Assembly (NCBI GenBank): GCA_000934665.2
Contig: JYFJ02001575.1
Coordinates: 1 to 64,000 of the forward strand
Direction of reading: 5' to 3'
Length of the DNA stretch: 64,000 nucleotides
Source: Catajapyx aquilonaris
Lineage: Eukaryota
The notes beneath the pieces are model-generated. The model was not told the DNA's origin. It saw only the letters and a program-made list of their open reading frames with translations, and searched no databases. Position numbers and translations under genes: made by a program. This document shows, piece by piece, positions 13,901 through 28,900 of the stretch. Numbering within the stretch: the stretch's first letter is position 1; each line of letters opens with the position of its first letter.

Positions 13901-16900
13901 TTGCATAGTCAGAATGACTTTCCTGACTTGAATAGTCAGGATGACTTGCATAGTCAGAATGACTTTCCTGACTATTCAGCCATTTGATGAAAATGCCTGT
14001 GTGCACTGTAGTGGCAAGTTCAACTACAATATAATTTACAGCTACAGAAGTTTACCCCCCTCCCCTGCCTCCCCTCGAGGGGAGTTTATGTCTTAGCTCT
14101 AGTCCCAAGGAAGGAACCCACATCTACCCTAAGGAGAACCGGATTTTGTAGTCTTGCGTCTTCTCTCCTCGAGTTAATGCCACCGCATTAATTAGCATTT
14201 AGTGGCACTAACCTGGGACACCCCGGAAATTTCTCATTGCCTTTTAATGTAGGACTCTATATGCAAGGAGCCTTGGGGTTTGGTTTTCGGGGGTCCAATT
14301 AGCAAAAGTAATAAAGCCTCGCACGCTGAAAGCGAGCCTGCTGGCTTGTGGAAGGTTTTTCCCTCAAAAAATCATGTGCTTTAATGCGGTGGCACCCATT
14401 TTTATTGCCAGGCAGAAATCCCGCGCGAATTTTCCGCACGTAAATTACGCCTCTCGTGACGTGTGAATTCTAAATCACTTTACTTTTGTGCAAAAGAAAA
14501 ATGCCGGGGCTAAATTTTAAACAACTGCACATACACTTGGCAATAGCACATGTCCCCTTCGTAATATCTGAGGCCGGAATTCACCCTCCAACACTGCCTG
14601 AAGTGTATCAGGTTTCCATGATCATCAATGCAGTGGACATATTGGGTTTCGACTCGGTTCCGGGTGCCTTTTTTCCCCCCTCCTCCTCCTGTAATCTGTT
14701 TTCCAATCATGCCTCCAGCAAACTGTGTGGGGAAAAGACCAGGAAGAAGTCATAGGTCCGCCTTCAATTCACTAGATACCGCCCAGGTTTTTCAAAGACT
14801 TCGATTACCAATAACTGCGCACCATGATTAAGTGAACCATTTTTTTTTTCTCCCTGCCGCGCCGCTGCTTCAAATGCGTCGCCATGAGTCGCCTCCAGTC
14901 GTGTCTTTTCAGCTCTGAGTGGACCTCCCCCAAAAAACTAACATGGCCGCCCTCTAACCGCAAGGGGTTGCCAGATCCAACATTTTTTTTTAAACCAACC
15001 CAACTATGGCTTCCTGCCGCTTCATTTGTTCAGAGTGAAACCGAGTGAGTGACAAGGCGGCGATGCAGTCCTATCGATCATTTCACCTCTGAGGGCACGG
15101 AAACTTTACGACGATGTATGGCACGCTGATTTTCAGGAGAGAGAAAAAGAGTTTTTTCCTCTCTAGGTGCCTATAGACTTAATTAGCGGCCATTAGACTG
15201 AATGCGTCGATACGAGACGTCTGCGGTCCAATGAGTTTAACGGAGGAACGGGTTAAACCGAGTGTTAAGAGAGCAGTCACACCACCTGGATTATTTCCCT
15301 GGGATATAATATGCTGAACTATTGTATTTGCCAACTGTATAGTATCCGCGAATTTTTGGCCACATTTTGGAAGCCAAAATTGAGTGTGATGTCCGTTGAG
15401 GTAGCGTCAACTGAAAAACTCTCTTTGGTTGCACATTAGCCAGCCTGGTTCTATCGTTAGATTCAGGTTGCTCTGGATGGGGGCGTTGGGGGAATCCGGG
15501 GGATTTCCGGATTTGGTTTGTAGGCCGGCACAAATCCGCGATGGACGTAGTTTTACGCCGGTGCCGCCCCCCCTTGCATTTCCATACGTGTGTTGTGGAA
15601 AGCTGATGGCGGGCTGGAGGGTGGTGTGTGGGGGGCCAATCTCTAACCCACTCCCAAAATCCGGGGGGGAAACTAGGGCTGTGTTGCCACCTGTAGCGCA
15701 AAAACCGGATTTTAACCAGGATTAAAACGGCATCATAGGAACAGCATTAAAAAAATGTCGTCCAGCTAAGGAGGAATTGAAAATCCTGAAATTGGCCTTG
15801 ATTAATTCGTACTATCAGATATGCCAAAATGTACTTTTACACTGTAATATGGGTACTCTTTACCAAGATCTGCTTATAGGATTTACATCATCAAATAGCA
15901 GCTCTAATGCTAAGCTACCTGTTGGACTGGCCATTGCAAAATTGAGCAATTTTTTGGGGGGACGTAACCTTTTATTCCACATTTCATAAATCTTGGTTGC
16001 TTTGTAGTTGACATACTTCGCCCTAGCTTCAAATCCTGTGGCATATTTTTTTGTGCCAACCTTTTCTAGACAGTTGCTCCAACACAATACCCTGAATCGA
16101 TCCCTGGGATCACTCTAGAAGTGAAACGGAGCCCAAAAACTTTGCTATCAAAGGAGAGGCACAAATTGGCATCGAAATTGTCCTTGTACAGACTTGGCCG
16201 AGATAAAGTCACAGTGTACTTGTCGAGTGTACAGCCCGAATGAGGTAATATTCGCGACTCTGTTGAATCCGTCTAAATTATTCCCCAGTTTTTTTTTGTC
16301 CCCCCCTGTAAATTAACTGCTGGGCTGAGCTCTATGCAAAATTTCTCTACATCCGAAGCCTAGGAGGCAATTTGGGCCTGGGTCTGCAATAATATTCAAC
16401 TGGCCCGGCTTGAAATTGGCAAATTCGAAAAACCCCAATCACCGCCGCGCCATTAGCTGGCGGGACTGGGTATGATCCGAGCGACTAATAACATTTGTGT
16501 TGACATCATGGAAGCCGGCTGTCGGGTTCATCGTGCTTGATATTTATCCGTGTTCAAGTAGTCAGCCGCATGAATGAGTGTACTTGTCCGGGGTATGGCC
16601 AGGGTTCTAATTATAAATGGCGGCGCAAAAATGTACGGGGGGGAGAGGGGGGGAGTTGCGAAAATGGACGGTAATGGACTTATTTTGCGCTCAATTCAGG
16701 TTCAGCCAAACATATTCGGGTCTGATTAGTGCTCAGCCAAGCGCTTCCCAGGTTTGTTTGCTGCTAATCAAGTGCTGGACCGGCAGTGGGAACAGCGAGC
16801 CAATGGGGAAGTACAAGTATGGTTTCTAGCCAATCAAATTCAAGGACTTTTCGTCATCGAATCATACGCAAGGACGTTTCCCAGCCAATCAAATCCAAGA

Positions 16901-19900
16901 ATGTATCGCCACAGCCAATAAAATCCAAGAATGTATCGCCGCAGCCAATCAAAACCAAGAATGTATCGCCGCAGCCAATCAAATCCAAAAGTGTATCACC
17001 GCAGCCAATCAAATCCAAAGGACGTTTCATCATCCAATCACACTTCATGAGATAACAGTCAAGGTCATTTTACGAGCTGCTAACAAACAGTTAAGAGCTA
17101 AAAGTGACACTTCAGTTACCAAATTAGTAGAGTCAAATGCAATTATTTTTTAAACAAAAAATATTTAAACAATCAATCGTGCTCTAAATTCATGTAAAGT
17201 ATGTCCATGATGGCGCTTGACGAGTTGTCAGATCCACTTGACGTCATTTAAAGTCGGACCCCCCCTTTCTCCGGTATGAGAACAATAAGCGCTCAAAATT
17301 GCGCTGGAAGCTTTCATGTCGCTAACCCGCCCAATAAGTTTGAAAGGCTGTTGAAAACCCTGGGGAAAAACCCTTGGGGGGGAATCCGGGGTAGTTGTAG
17401 AGAGGAGGGTAAAATCCTGAGTGACAGCAGAACTTGTGCTCTTCCGAATACCGTATATATAGTGTAGAGAGAGAGTCAGGTTCGGAGGCGGGAAAAGGGG
17501 TTTTGCTGGGGAGAGAGGATGGGGTAGTCCATCAGAGAGAGACGAGCCAAGGGCGAATTGTCCCATTCGCCTTCATTAGTGGAAACAAGTGCCACTAATG
17601 GTAATTGAGCGATGCGGGCTAACAATCCCCTATTTAATGGCGGAATCCGAAAGGATGGGGGGACCCAAAGACAATGACCGGAGGGTCGCATCTTCACTGC
17701 CTAATTAGCCTAAAGGAAATGGAATGTTGTGTTACATTGTGCTCCGGTTTTAACCCGAGTTCTTTCCAGGTTCTAAATTTAGGTTTGGCGTTATGAAAGG
17801 GGCGCGATTATTATTACATGGTAGGGTTGGGCTTGCTAATTGCTATTGCCACCATTTAAGCATACCCTGCGACTTCCTCTCTATATTTTCTGATGGTTTT
17901 CACGAAGTACAAGTGAGTGAAGTAGACGGTCATTTCCTAGAGGGCATGAACACGCAAAGGGCTTGGAAAATTGATTGCTGAAACGAGAGGAAAGGAACGT
18001 ATGTTATTTACACCAGCTCAACTCCTGATGTATTTTAAATGAGATACGTGCCTAATGACTCAAACTTTTTGTGCCCTGCAGCATGTATGTGTCGTCTAAG
18101 TTATGCAGATGACAGATCATTTCCAGGAGGGATCTGGTTTCGTGCAGAAAAAAAGTTTTTGCACTATTATTTTTTGCGTTCCGTTATATTGTCAAGAGTT
18201 GTGGTTGTATTAACAACTGGCGATTTTCTCAGGGTTTTGCGAGTGTCCTAGATACGTCTTGATGTCAAGTGTCAGCAGCCCCTCGCATGATTCCATAGGC
18301 CTGCACGTGATTATAATTGCAAATTAGCCGCAGTACAATGTGAAAAACCAGCCGACCTATATATATATATATATACCAAAATCCGCAATAAACATGATGA
18401 AAAATTTAAAAAATAAAAGTTGATCTCACATTTGCCGGATTGTTTTGAAAGTTGAAACTATTTATTTTTAATATTAATTTTTGTCCAATCGTGTGTATTA
18501 TGTTGGGATGGTGTTCAATTTAATACCTGGCCCCAATCATCGCACATCACCTTATATCCGCAGCAGGTGAAAGTTGAGTCGTTTAATAGACCACAAAACC
18601 CCCGTGGTATATACGGCGGGTATGGCCAATTTAAACAAGTTTTGGTTGTTTACAAGTTTTTAGCATGATCCCATACACAGTGTATACAAAAACCCTAGCC
18701 CATAAAGCGTTGATTCCCGGAGTGACGAACGGTTTTCATTCCGTGGTCCGAACCGAGTGGGTAATTAGAGGCCAAGTCCACACTGAGGCCGCCTTCAGTC
18801 TGTGGAACCTCCCCGATAATGAACAATTCAAAATTCAAATGATGCATTTACTAGATAACGCAGGGGGTGTATGAATATTAAAAGTTGGGTAATTATGCGA
18901 GCTTAGGGAACTTTTATGACGCTTTGAGCTTTTTCACGAGTTTATGGAAATCCCCATTATAAGCTGTTAAACTCGGTGGGTCCCTCCCCCTGCTCTCGCA
19001 ATACCTGCTGCTGCTACTGTATATGGGAGGGGAAAAGCGAGGCCTCTCCCATGGCATTTTATGCGTGTCTATTACGCGGGGTAATTAGTTCCCATGAAAA
19101 TGCACTCACACCGAAAAGTGGTGGGGAGGTTGTGGGGGATGTATGGGTTCAAACCCGACTCTTTCCGTCCAAAAATTATTTACCCTTGGCCGGCCGTCCA
19201 TGTGACGTATTATGTATCTCGTGGCCGTCCTATTAATTTCAACTGATGGACTGCAGCTCGCGTTGAACGATATTCTCGGAGGAATATAGATAATATCCCA
19301 TAAATATCGAGAATATCCCATAAATATCGATAATATCGAATGTGTATCGATAATATCAAATTAATATCGATAATACAAAATGCGTATCGAATGAATATCG
19401 ATAATATGAAATGCATAATGAATGAATATCGATAATATCAAATTAATATCGAATGAATATCGAATAAATATCGATAATACAAAATGAATATCGATAATAC
19501 AAAATGAATATCGAATGAATATCGATAATACAAAATGAATATCGAATGAATATCAATAATACAAAATGAATATCGAATGAATATCAATAATACAAAATGA
19601 ATATCGAATGAATATCGATAATATTGCATGAATGTTGATAGTTTCCCGTGTATATCGAATGAATATCGATAATATTGCATGAATGTTGATAGTTTCCCGT
19701 GAATATCGAATGAATATCGATAATATTGCATGAATGTTGATAGTTTCCCGTGAATATCGAATGAATATCGAATTAATATCATAAATATTGAGAATATAGA
19801 ATATTTTGATGCTATAGAATTATTATTGAAGATATAATATATCGAGAGTATCGATGGTAAAGGCGATTCTAGCCTCCGTGATGTATCGATATTCGTGGGT

Positions 19901-22900
19901 GGCGTCTCGAGATTTCTGATTGGCTTCATCGCCGGGCCGGCACCCGGAAGGAATTTTCTTTTTATACGAGTGCATATTATATAGATATTCATCTTTGTTG
20001 ACCACTGGAAGTTCGGTTGAAATCCGCCTATACGCCCTGCATTAGAAATGTGTGGCTCATGCCATTAGGGTCTTGCATCTTGTAATTCCGGAATTTGGCC
20101 TAAAAGTGACGGGTGCATAATGCATGAGGCTGGTGTGCAGATTTGGCCCTACCTACAATTAACCACTTTTTGAGAGGGGCCCCGCGGAAGGCCCCCTTTG
20201 AGCCCTAGTGTTGACCAGTCCTTAAAACGGCGCTGTGGCGGCAATAAAAGCAGGCGTGCATAATAAACAGAATTATGATCTCCCGATGCATAATACATGT
20301 GGAAAAGCACCACCAGACGACGGGTGGGTCACTTTTAGTAAAAGATAATGAGGGTGGGAGATGGGGAGTTGAGAGAAAAGCTGCGGGGACACTCTCTCAG
20401 CAACTTAAAGTATACATAATTCAAAGCCGCCATTGTTTCTCATGATGCCCACCCTAAAATATTCGGACTGTGTAAGTCACGGCATGTCCATTTGGACTCA
20501 TTTTATCACCCAATCTAGGCGGTTGGCACCATATCCTCCTACTTGATCCTCTGCCATCACGGAAGGCTAAAGTGACCCTCCTTTCTATAGCCACACTACT
20601 ATTGGCGACTATAATAGTTCAGGTGTGTGCATAGTGGATAGAAAAGGGGCTTGGGGGCCTCTTCCAATCGCGGTTTCTTCCCTTTTTCGAGGGACACGAA
20701 CCCTCATCAGAGGGAGTGGCGTGATGCCCAATCGCACTATATGGGACACGCCATCTTGCACACTGCTTTTTTTTTTGTGACAGATTGTGTTGGGTAAACT
20801 GTCAAGAAACATTACCCTTAGCATGCGCGGATATTTTCGGGAGAGAATTTGAGGTGTACCGAGTGTCGGCTCAGATTCATATCGAAATTATATTGTACCT
20901 GATTGTACGTCTGAGGCACCAGGCTACACATTTGCGTCAAAGCATTATTATTATAACATGCGCCTGCAGAAATAACTGTACGCAACAGTTTTTCATAATT
21001 AACAATCTAAATATTTTAAGCGTTCAAGTTCGAGTCTATTACAGGAGATGACCTTTTTAAGACCTCCAAAATTCCAACCATTTTTTTTTGCTACCCCCCG
21101 AATTTTAAATATCAGTTTGCGCGCTTTCCGAGTGTGTTATTTTAAAAATCCTGGGCATGTGAAAAAGGCCCTTGACTTAATTCCCTTTTCAGTGCTTTTA
21201 ATCGGCCCCAGTCGCCATCAGAAACCGCTGACCCAAACGGGCCGCTAAGTATTCACATGCAGTTAAAAAAAGCTTCCAAACCGAGCTTCCAACGCTATAT
21301 CTCTCAAAATGTCCAGTAAATCCAACTTACGTGTCATTGCTTCCTGTCATTATGCGGGTTAACTGCTTTCATACAGGTTAAAAGGCCTCATGCGCTGTTG
21401 GATTACATTACACGTTATTTGAAAAGTGAAACACGATTTGGCCAACTTTTAACTGTTAAAATATACAAAATCTATAGCTATTCCGGCCAGTTCAAATGTA
21501 AGATAAAGGTATAGTACTTAGTCTCTCATGCAATAATTGATCTGAGGAGAAAATGGTGGAAGGGTCGGTTCATTGTTTCCGTCCCAGCGAACTAATTGTT
21601 GTTAATGTCTGTCGAGGCAGATAGATGCATGAGGATGCGTTTAGCTCGCATGCGTGACGCTTAAAAGGTCCGAAAAGTTGATGGAAGAGCTGCTTAAATT
21701 GCCTCCCGGATTAAGTCCAGAGGGGGGCCATCACAAGGGCCCAAAAATCCTGACTTTGATGTTGGCACAGGGTGTTCATATAACGATTCAAAAAAATGCA
21801 AAAAAAAATTCGGGATAATATTCTCCAGCTTTTGATACACTCTATACATTTTATAAATATTTTTTTAAAGCTAAGACACAGTGGAATGATCCTATTTAAC
21901 TGAAGCTAAAATCTCCGATCCATCATGCATAATGAGAGCTTTTCACTCAAATGCTCTGATTCGCCTGAAACTTCAAGAGACGACAGAACAAGCATAGCGA
22001 TATGTAATATAACTAAAGAAGGATGGCAAACACAGTGGATAGTTATTTGCACAGGATTCAGGAGGAAAAACCCCTCCCTTATTGAGGAAGAGCAATTGAA
22101 GTCCGTGGTGTATTGAGAATCGATTTTACCTTCAAGTTTTGGGCATACATTTATAACGAGTCTCGGTCCAATTTGCGACTATCCCAATTAGAACCCGAGT
22201 AAGTTGGTGGGTGGGTGGGTGGGAGGGTTCTAATTAATAATTAACACCACTCCCCTAATTTCCCCTGTTGCTTCATCTTGACCGTTAGTTCATCCTCCTG
22301 ATTAAAATAAGCTTAATTGAGACTTTTTGATTGCAGTTCGGATTTTTTTCGGGGGTGCTAAAATCGCGCCTAATCACATGCACTTGTGGCGTTGATGAAT
22401 CGGATTTTGGGGATCGGGAAATATGCATATATAGAGTAGAGGTTGTGAAGGGGAAAGAGGGTGAGTTGGTGTAATTACAAAGTTTGCGGCAATAAATAAA
22501 ACTTAGGGTCAACACTGTGCTGCATAAATTGCAGCACCGCCTTGGATGAGTGCAAGTGAAAAAGTACGGACCTGATTTTAATTACGGAGCTGTTGACGTG
22601 CTTATTACGCACCTGAATTTATTGCGTTGTGGGAAGTGTATAAATCCAACATTGTGGCGTTCCAGCATCAGAACTGATTTTTGTCCGTGGTTTTTCATAC
22701 ACTTGCATCAAACAGACAAAATATCACTTTTCACAAAAATATTATTTTTCCCATAAAATATTTTCACAAAATTAGTACTTTTCGCAAATATACCGGTAAC
22801 TGATATTATTTTCACAAAAATTATTTTCATAATTTCATAGACTATTATTTGTCACAACAATAGGACCTATTATTTGTCACAACAATAGGACTATTATTTT

Positions 22901-25900
22901 TCACTAAAATATTATTTTCATAAATTCATAGAATATTATTTGTCACAATAATAGGAATATTACTTTTCACTGAAATATTATTTTCATAAAACATTTTTCA
23001 CACTAATATTTTCATACAGATATTGTTTATCGTAAAATATTTTTCTGTAAGATATTATTTTTCCATAAAGTGTTATTTTTCACAAGCAATTTTTTTTCTT
23101 CAAAAAAATGCTAATTTCTCCACAACATTGAGGTTAATTGAAGTTCTATCACCTCCCCCCCATGCCCCATCCGCTCTTTAAGCTTCTGGTTTAATTCCGC
23201 GTGAAAGATTAAATCCTACCTGCTCTTAAATTGCAATTTCTCTCCAGAGGCAGCCCAAGTCATACAGACTGACGTGGGGGGGGGGGGGGAGGCTCTCGGA
23301 TCCATAAAATGTCACCGTGTACTGGCCGAGAAAAAGAGGAGGTTGAGGGGGAAGAGGAGGGGAAAATTCCATCCCTCTTTTACCCTTCCTCCACTTTCCA
23401 AAAGCCGGGTTGTGAATAATAACGTGACCCATTGAAGGATGAAATGGGATTCCTGTCTCTCTCTTGCGTCCACTCGACATGCCATACCTTATAATACCGG
23501 TACTCTTTTCATGGATATTTGGATTTTAAAGCTGCTCCAGTTATCTTTCACGTTTCCAGAAAAGTGGGGTTGAGCACACCCTCTAAGTCGGCCATTTTGT
23601 TCGTTTGAAACAATAAAGTAGTACCCCTTGGGCGTACGGATATATATCCGTCCAGATGGGACTTTATTCCTTTGCTCTTCCCCCGTTTTGCCTCCGTCTT
23701 AACTCAGCACTTCTGCCCAACTGCTTCCACTTTTGTCCAGTAAGACTCCCGGAAGGCTTTTTGGTCTCTTAAGCCCACATATGAAGCCCAGGGCATATCG
23801 CGAGACCTGATTTATAGTCGGGAAGAGCCGTTTTACAACCGGCGGTTATTCCCGCAAAATGGGCGCCATCTTGGAAGGGACTGTGCGAATCCGAGGCTGG
23901 AGGTAAAAAAAATTTTGCAGAGATTTTTTTCTCTCTCTATCCTGTTGTTTAAGCTTAGTTTTATTGTTGGTGGGTCGCAGAAATGGGGGCCGCCACGCCT
24001 TTTGTTATTTTAAAATTTGCTGGAAGTGTTTGTTTTGGTGAGCGCTTGCAGTAATGTTAAAACCAGAGCGTATATATAAGATTTTTAAAAACACTGTGAG
24101 AGACTATATATCTTTCCATCATCCAGCTTCAGCTTCAGGTTTAGCTAACTTTAATGCACGGCTCAAATTGATTATCGGCACTTGTCGCTCCAGGTAGTGA
24201 CAAGAGCTGTAGAGGTAGGCGGCCTTAATCTTGGACTAAGACCCGAGGATTTCCCTCAATTTCACCTCTAATCTTGCCATTAATATCTTGCACATCCCTT
24301 AGTTTATCGCTGTCTTTCCCCGCGCGCTTCCATCTTTGCAAAGTCTGTAGCCAAGATTTTTGCCTAATTTTTTTTCTTCCTTTCTTTCTTTTTTTGCAAG
24401 CTCCGATGCTGATTCCCCATGAAAGTTGCTTCAAGAATGTAGGTGGAAATAGACACGATGTCGAGAGGAGCTGGAGAAAGTGGCAAACAGCCAATTTCAC
24501 CCAAAGTGGAAATTTCCCTTCCCCCACTTTGCGTTTCCCTCCTCCTCCTCCTCCTCCAATTTGCGGAAATTGCATTCAAATGCTCGCGTCAATCCCTTTG
24601 ATTTTCGACTTTAATCTACAAGTAAATTTGCTTAATGGTAGCAGCAAATCCCGATTGCAGTTAGGAGTCCTAGGCGGCGGCGGAGGGAGGGCTTATGAAC
24701 TATTAATGCAAAGGCGAGCGGAAATGTTCACGCTTTAAAGTGTCGCCTCGAGGACTCTGGGATAGAAAATGTAAGGCCTATATCTACAGGGTGCTCAAAT
24801 GAGAAAAGGAACGCTACTTACCAAAATAGTGCTTATTAAGCTGGTTTTCCAGTTAGCTGGATTAAATAGTTGACAGTAACTGATACGCCCTGAGGTGAAA
24901 GTTATTGCTCGACAATATTATTTTTACTACTCTGAGGTACGTTTTTAAAGCTAAAAGTTTATGAAAAGTTAATTTATACTAAGTAATTTTGCTCCACCGA
25001 GTTATAAATTATTTATTTGCATTCTATTTGCACTCTTTATGCTGTGTCTAAGTACTGTTTTAAACTGTCTAAAAATAGGCTACTTATTCACGCAATTCAT
25101 ATAATATTGTTTTATTTATTTAGACCTACGGATACATTATTAAAGTAATGACATTAATTATTTACTCATATTGTTCATAGTTCACTTTTTGGCTATTTAT
25201 AAGGATATAATTCGTAAAAATTTTACTATTTAATCAGTCCATTGTCAAAATCAATTACAGCAGAATGTGCTTAAAAAATTACCTTTTGCGGATATGTCGA
25301 AATCCTGAATTTTTTTGGCATTATTTGCAGTTGGCAGCAATAATTACTTCAACTGTTACATGTAACCTGTTACTAATCTCAGAAATCAATCATACTTGTT
25401 GAACCAGTTTTTAAACTTTTTCTGCCCTTTTTTGTGGTCGCAAGCTAAGAAATGTCAACTTCTTAACCGACTGATGGAGGGAGTGAGGCAAGGAGAAATC
25501 CATAGTTTTTAGTTAACTTTTCTGAACCCGAACTTTTGGAGAAACGTGATTAACTTTTTTCACCACAATCTATATGGAAGAAACGCAAGAAGCAGGGTCG
25601 GGCTTTTGTAAAATCCCTTCAGCAAGAAGCTGGGGGCCAAAATGAAGGCCTTTTCGTACTTGAAAAACAAGAGTGTGAGGCCCGCCATCTTGAGAGAGGG
25701 GGCTTTAACATCCTTGTTTTCAGATTTTGCGGTGTTTCCAGCCGCCAAATTGTATTTGGGATGGCGGGAGAAACTTGAGGTCAACAAAAGGTCAGACTTG
25801 CCGCGAGATAGATGGAAAGGCGGAGAGAAAAGGTCATACAGTGGATGGGCAACATGAAGATGAGTTTATCAACAATGCACAAAGGAAAGTCAAAGTTGTG

Positions 25901-28900
25901 AAAGAGCGTCAGTCAAAATTCTCAGAGTAATCAGCGGAAGAGTTGATTATTTTCGTAGACACTGTCAGCACAATTACTGTCCAGAGCTTGCGATTGGCTG
26001 AAAAGGAAGTAGGGAAATGTACAGTCTGTTGTACAGTACAGGTAGTAATAAAAAGGAAAATATGTATACTTTACATAAAATTACAGCACAAAATGGCAGA
26101 AAATTATACATACGAAATCTGTTTGTTTGTCCAGGTTTGGTTACAACTGAGGTCTGGCTACAATGTAGGCCTTTTTTTCTAGTGGTTGCAGACATGATTT
26201 GCAGTCCTGCTATTGGCTAATTCTGCAACTAACAAGGTTGCCGCAGTTACCTCTCATGCGACTCACATTCTCCCCAAAAAAAGGACCTGTATTATCCCGT
26301 ATCCTTCCGCTCCAAAAAACCGCGCGTTTTCTGCTCCGCTGCATAACCCTGTAGTCGTTACCCATAGCCGCGTCTAGCAGTATACAAAAGGAAAAGTGAG
26401 ACAAAGGGGGGCAGGAAGAGGAGAGTTAGAGAAAAAAGAGTAGAATCAATGGGCTTAATGATGATTACAGCTAGGAAGGTTGGCACGTTCCTTGTGTTCT
26501 CAGCTGACTCATCCCTCTCTCCCTTCTACCATTAGCTCATTTTGACCGCATTTTCTCGGGCCTTTCTTCCTCCAAGTGAGTCAGATTAGAAAGCCCAATT
26601 TGATAAGGGAATGCGAGGGTCGCGCTAATACGAGCCTGGCCGACTAAAAGCGGAATCCTGTTGGAATAACACGCCAAATGAAGGTCCTTTCCAGAGGATG
26701 AGGGAGGCGACCTCACCCACTCACTTATTGCACAAAGGACTGGACCTAAATGATGTCCACTCCTGGAAAGGGAGCTGGGAACACTTTTCCTCTGATTCAG
26801 GACTCCATTTTGAATCCGGTTTACTGTAGGGCTCCATATTGAATCCATTTTGCCTCTGCAGGCAGTATATCCTTCTGAGACCCCTGGTACAGTATACTGT
26901 ACCTTTGTTTTTTTCCAGCACCTTCTGACTAACTCAAACGCGTAAAAAAACACATGTACAGTATACTGTACTCCAGGTCTCAGGAGGATATACAAAGGTG
27001 TTGTTTTAATTTAATGAACTGACACTGTCGTTGATGATTGGTGACAAAACCTTGCCCGCTGATGCCTGCTACCTTGAAAAGTCGATAGTCAAATGGGTAG
27101 CACTCATCATGCAGCAATTTCCATTCCCTGTTTCGACTCCCTGTGTTTGTTGACGCGTGACAGGAGCGTCGCCGTCCACTGTCCAGCCCAACTCTTGTGG
27201 GACACCCCTCTCCAAATCAAATAAAACCGAACCAGCAGAGAGAGGGGAGGGGGGAGGATCACAATGCTTCATTTGTGATCAGGGCCGGCCAAAAAAACCC
27301 GGTAGGTCCTTAGGAATCGGAAACCCCTAGGGAAATAGCTCGTCCAGTCCACATTGGACACCGCTCTTGGAATTAATTCCGTTGCCTCTAAATAACCCCC
27401 CTTTGCACAGCATCCTCTCGGGTTTTCCAACCAAGAGACAGGACACAAAAGAGAGATTTGCGAGTGCTCTTTGTTTCCTCAATCATTTGCATGTTAAAAC
27501 TACCGTCCTTTTTTTTTACCCTTCCAATTCATTATCGCTGGTCAATCGGAAAGGCAAAATTTATTCTCCCAAGCCTTCTGAGGTAAGTTACCGCTCGAAT
27601 GGCCAGCATGTAATCCCCTAGGCTTGCTTATTGATTAACTTACCTTCCCCCTCCACATCTAGCCCACTACCTTCCGTCAATCAGGCGAGGAAATTAAACT
27701 GTCGTCAGGGTGTTTCGTTTGGCTCCCCCAGGCGAAATATTGCGAGCTAAGATTAGCCCTTTTTTTCTCCTTACTAACAGGGTGAGGGAAAAGGCGATGA
27801 CGTCCCAAATATGTGCGTGAACACATGAAAAATATGTATATACCAGGAAACAGGACACCCATATGTGCTAATCTACATAAAAATAACAGTATGGGACATT
27901 AACCGATATATGCCTGGCATCCTATTTTTAGGACACACAAATTGTTCTTCATTAGTTAATAAAAATGGAAAATTAATATTTTTTAAATATTTGATATCCT
28001 GAGAGTTAGACCACACGGCGTTCACTGGTGAGGTCATCTACCTTCCAGGATGAACATTTTGCGCCACTATCAATTGGACTAGCTTTTTTTTTTTTTTTGC
28101 AGAAAGGGCCATTTTGCAATAGCAGGTCCGGAGATTTACAGCGTGCGGGAATTTCCAATGTGGATATTTATTTTTTGGGGAGTGTGGGAATGGAAACCCG
28201 TAAATTTTGCGAGTGACGTGTGACCTTTCAATGGGACGTGACTGTAATGTAATCTGGTCGTTTTGCTAACTCCCTGCGCACTGCAGTGTTGGTTTTTTTT
28301 TGCGGAGAAAATATGTGGAATTAATTGAGGGTACTGTAAACTGCTGGTTTGTAACATACTGGTACTTTTGTCAGGTCATTAATTTCACACGTTTGACCTA
28401 ATTGGGGCTATCTACTTTTTTGAGGGGTCAAAAGTAATGTTCAATTTTTAAATATGCTCATTGAATTCTTTATGAACTTCAAAAACCGCACGTTGTAGGA
28501 TTGAGACACCTGAAAATATTGGAGGGGGGGGTCGAAATTTTGTCAGCTTGGGTATGGATTTCCCCAGGACGTTTGTATGGCGAAAGGCACTCGCTTGCCT
28601 TTCAAGTTGTCAAACCCCCTCGGCTTCAACGCTTTGCCGCCATGGCACAATTAATTTATCAACGTCATCGGAATGGTCCCAGAGAAACTACTTATTCACC
28701 CAACCATCTCATCTTCAGCACATGTCCGGTAGAGGAGTCTCGATCACTGGTGTGCGGAGCCATCTGACGCGAAACGAGGACACTTCAGCGCTATAAATAC
28801 ATGTCGCTATAAACCATGGCCTTCCACAACATAACAAATGGCCGGAACTGCAAAGTGTTCAACAATGATTTTAAAAAAATTTACATAAATAATAGTTATA

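Noticed and set aside
16882..17032. Regularly spaced repeats considered as a CRISPR array
   Set aside because: Eukaryotic context; the units are contiguous with no unique spacers and no cas genes.
16786..17055. ORF with SPQPIKSKNV repeats
   Set aside because: Translation of a 30-bp minisatellite; no splice or homology support.
19146..19160. Pol III B-box-like GGTTCAAACCC
   Set aside because: No A-box or cloverleaf; no tRNA found by eye in the window.
19438..19992. 184-aa minus-strand ORF
   Set aside because: Low-complexity translation of the TATCGATA satellite.
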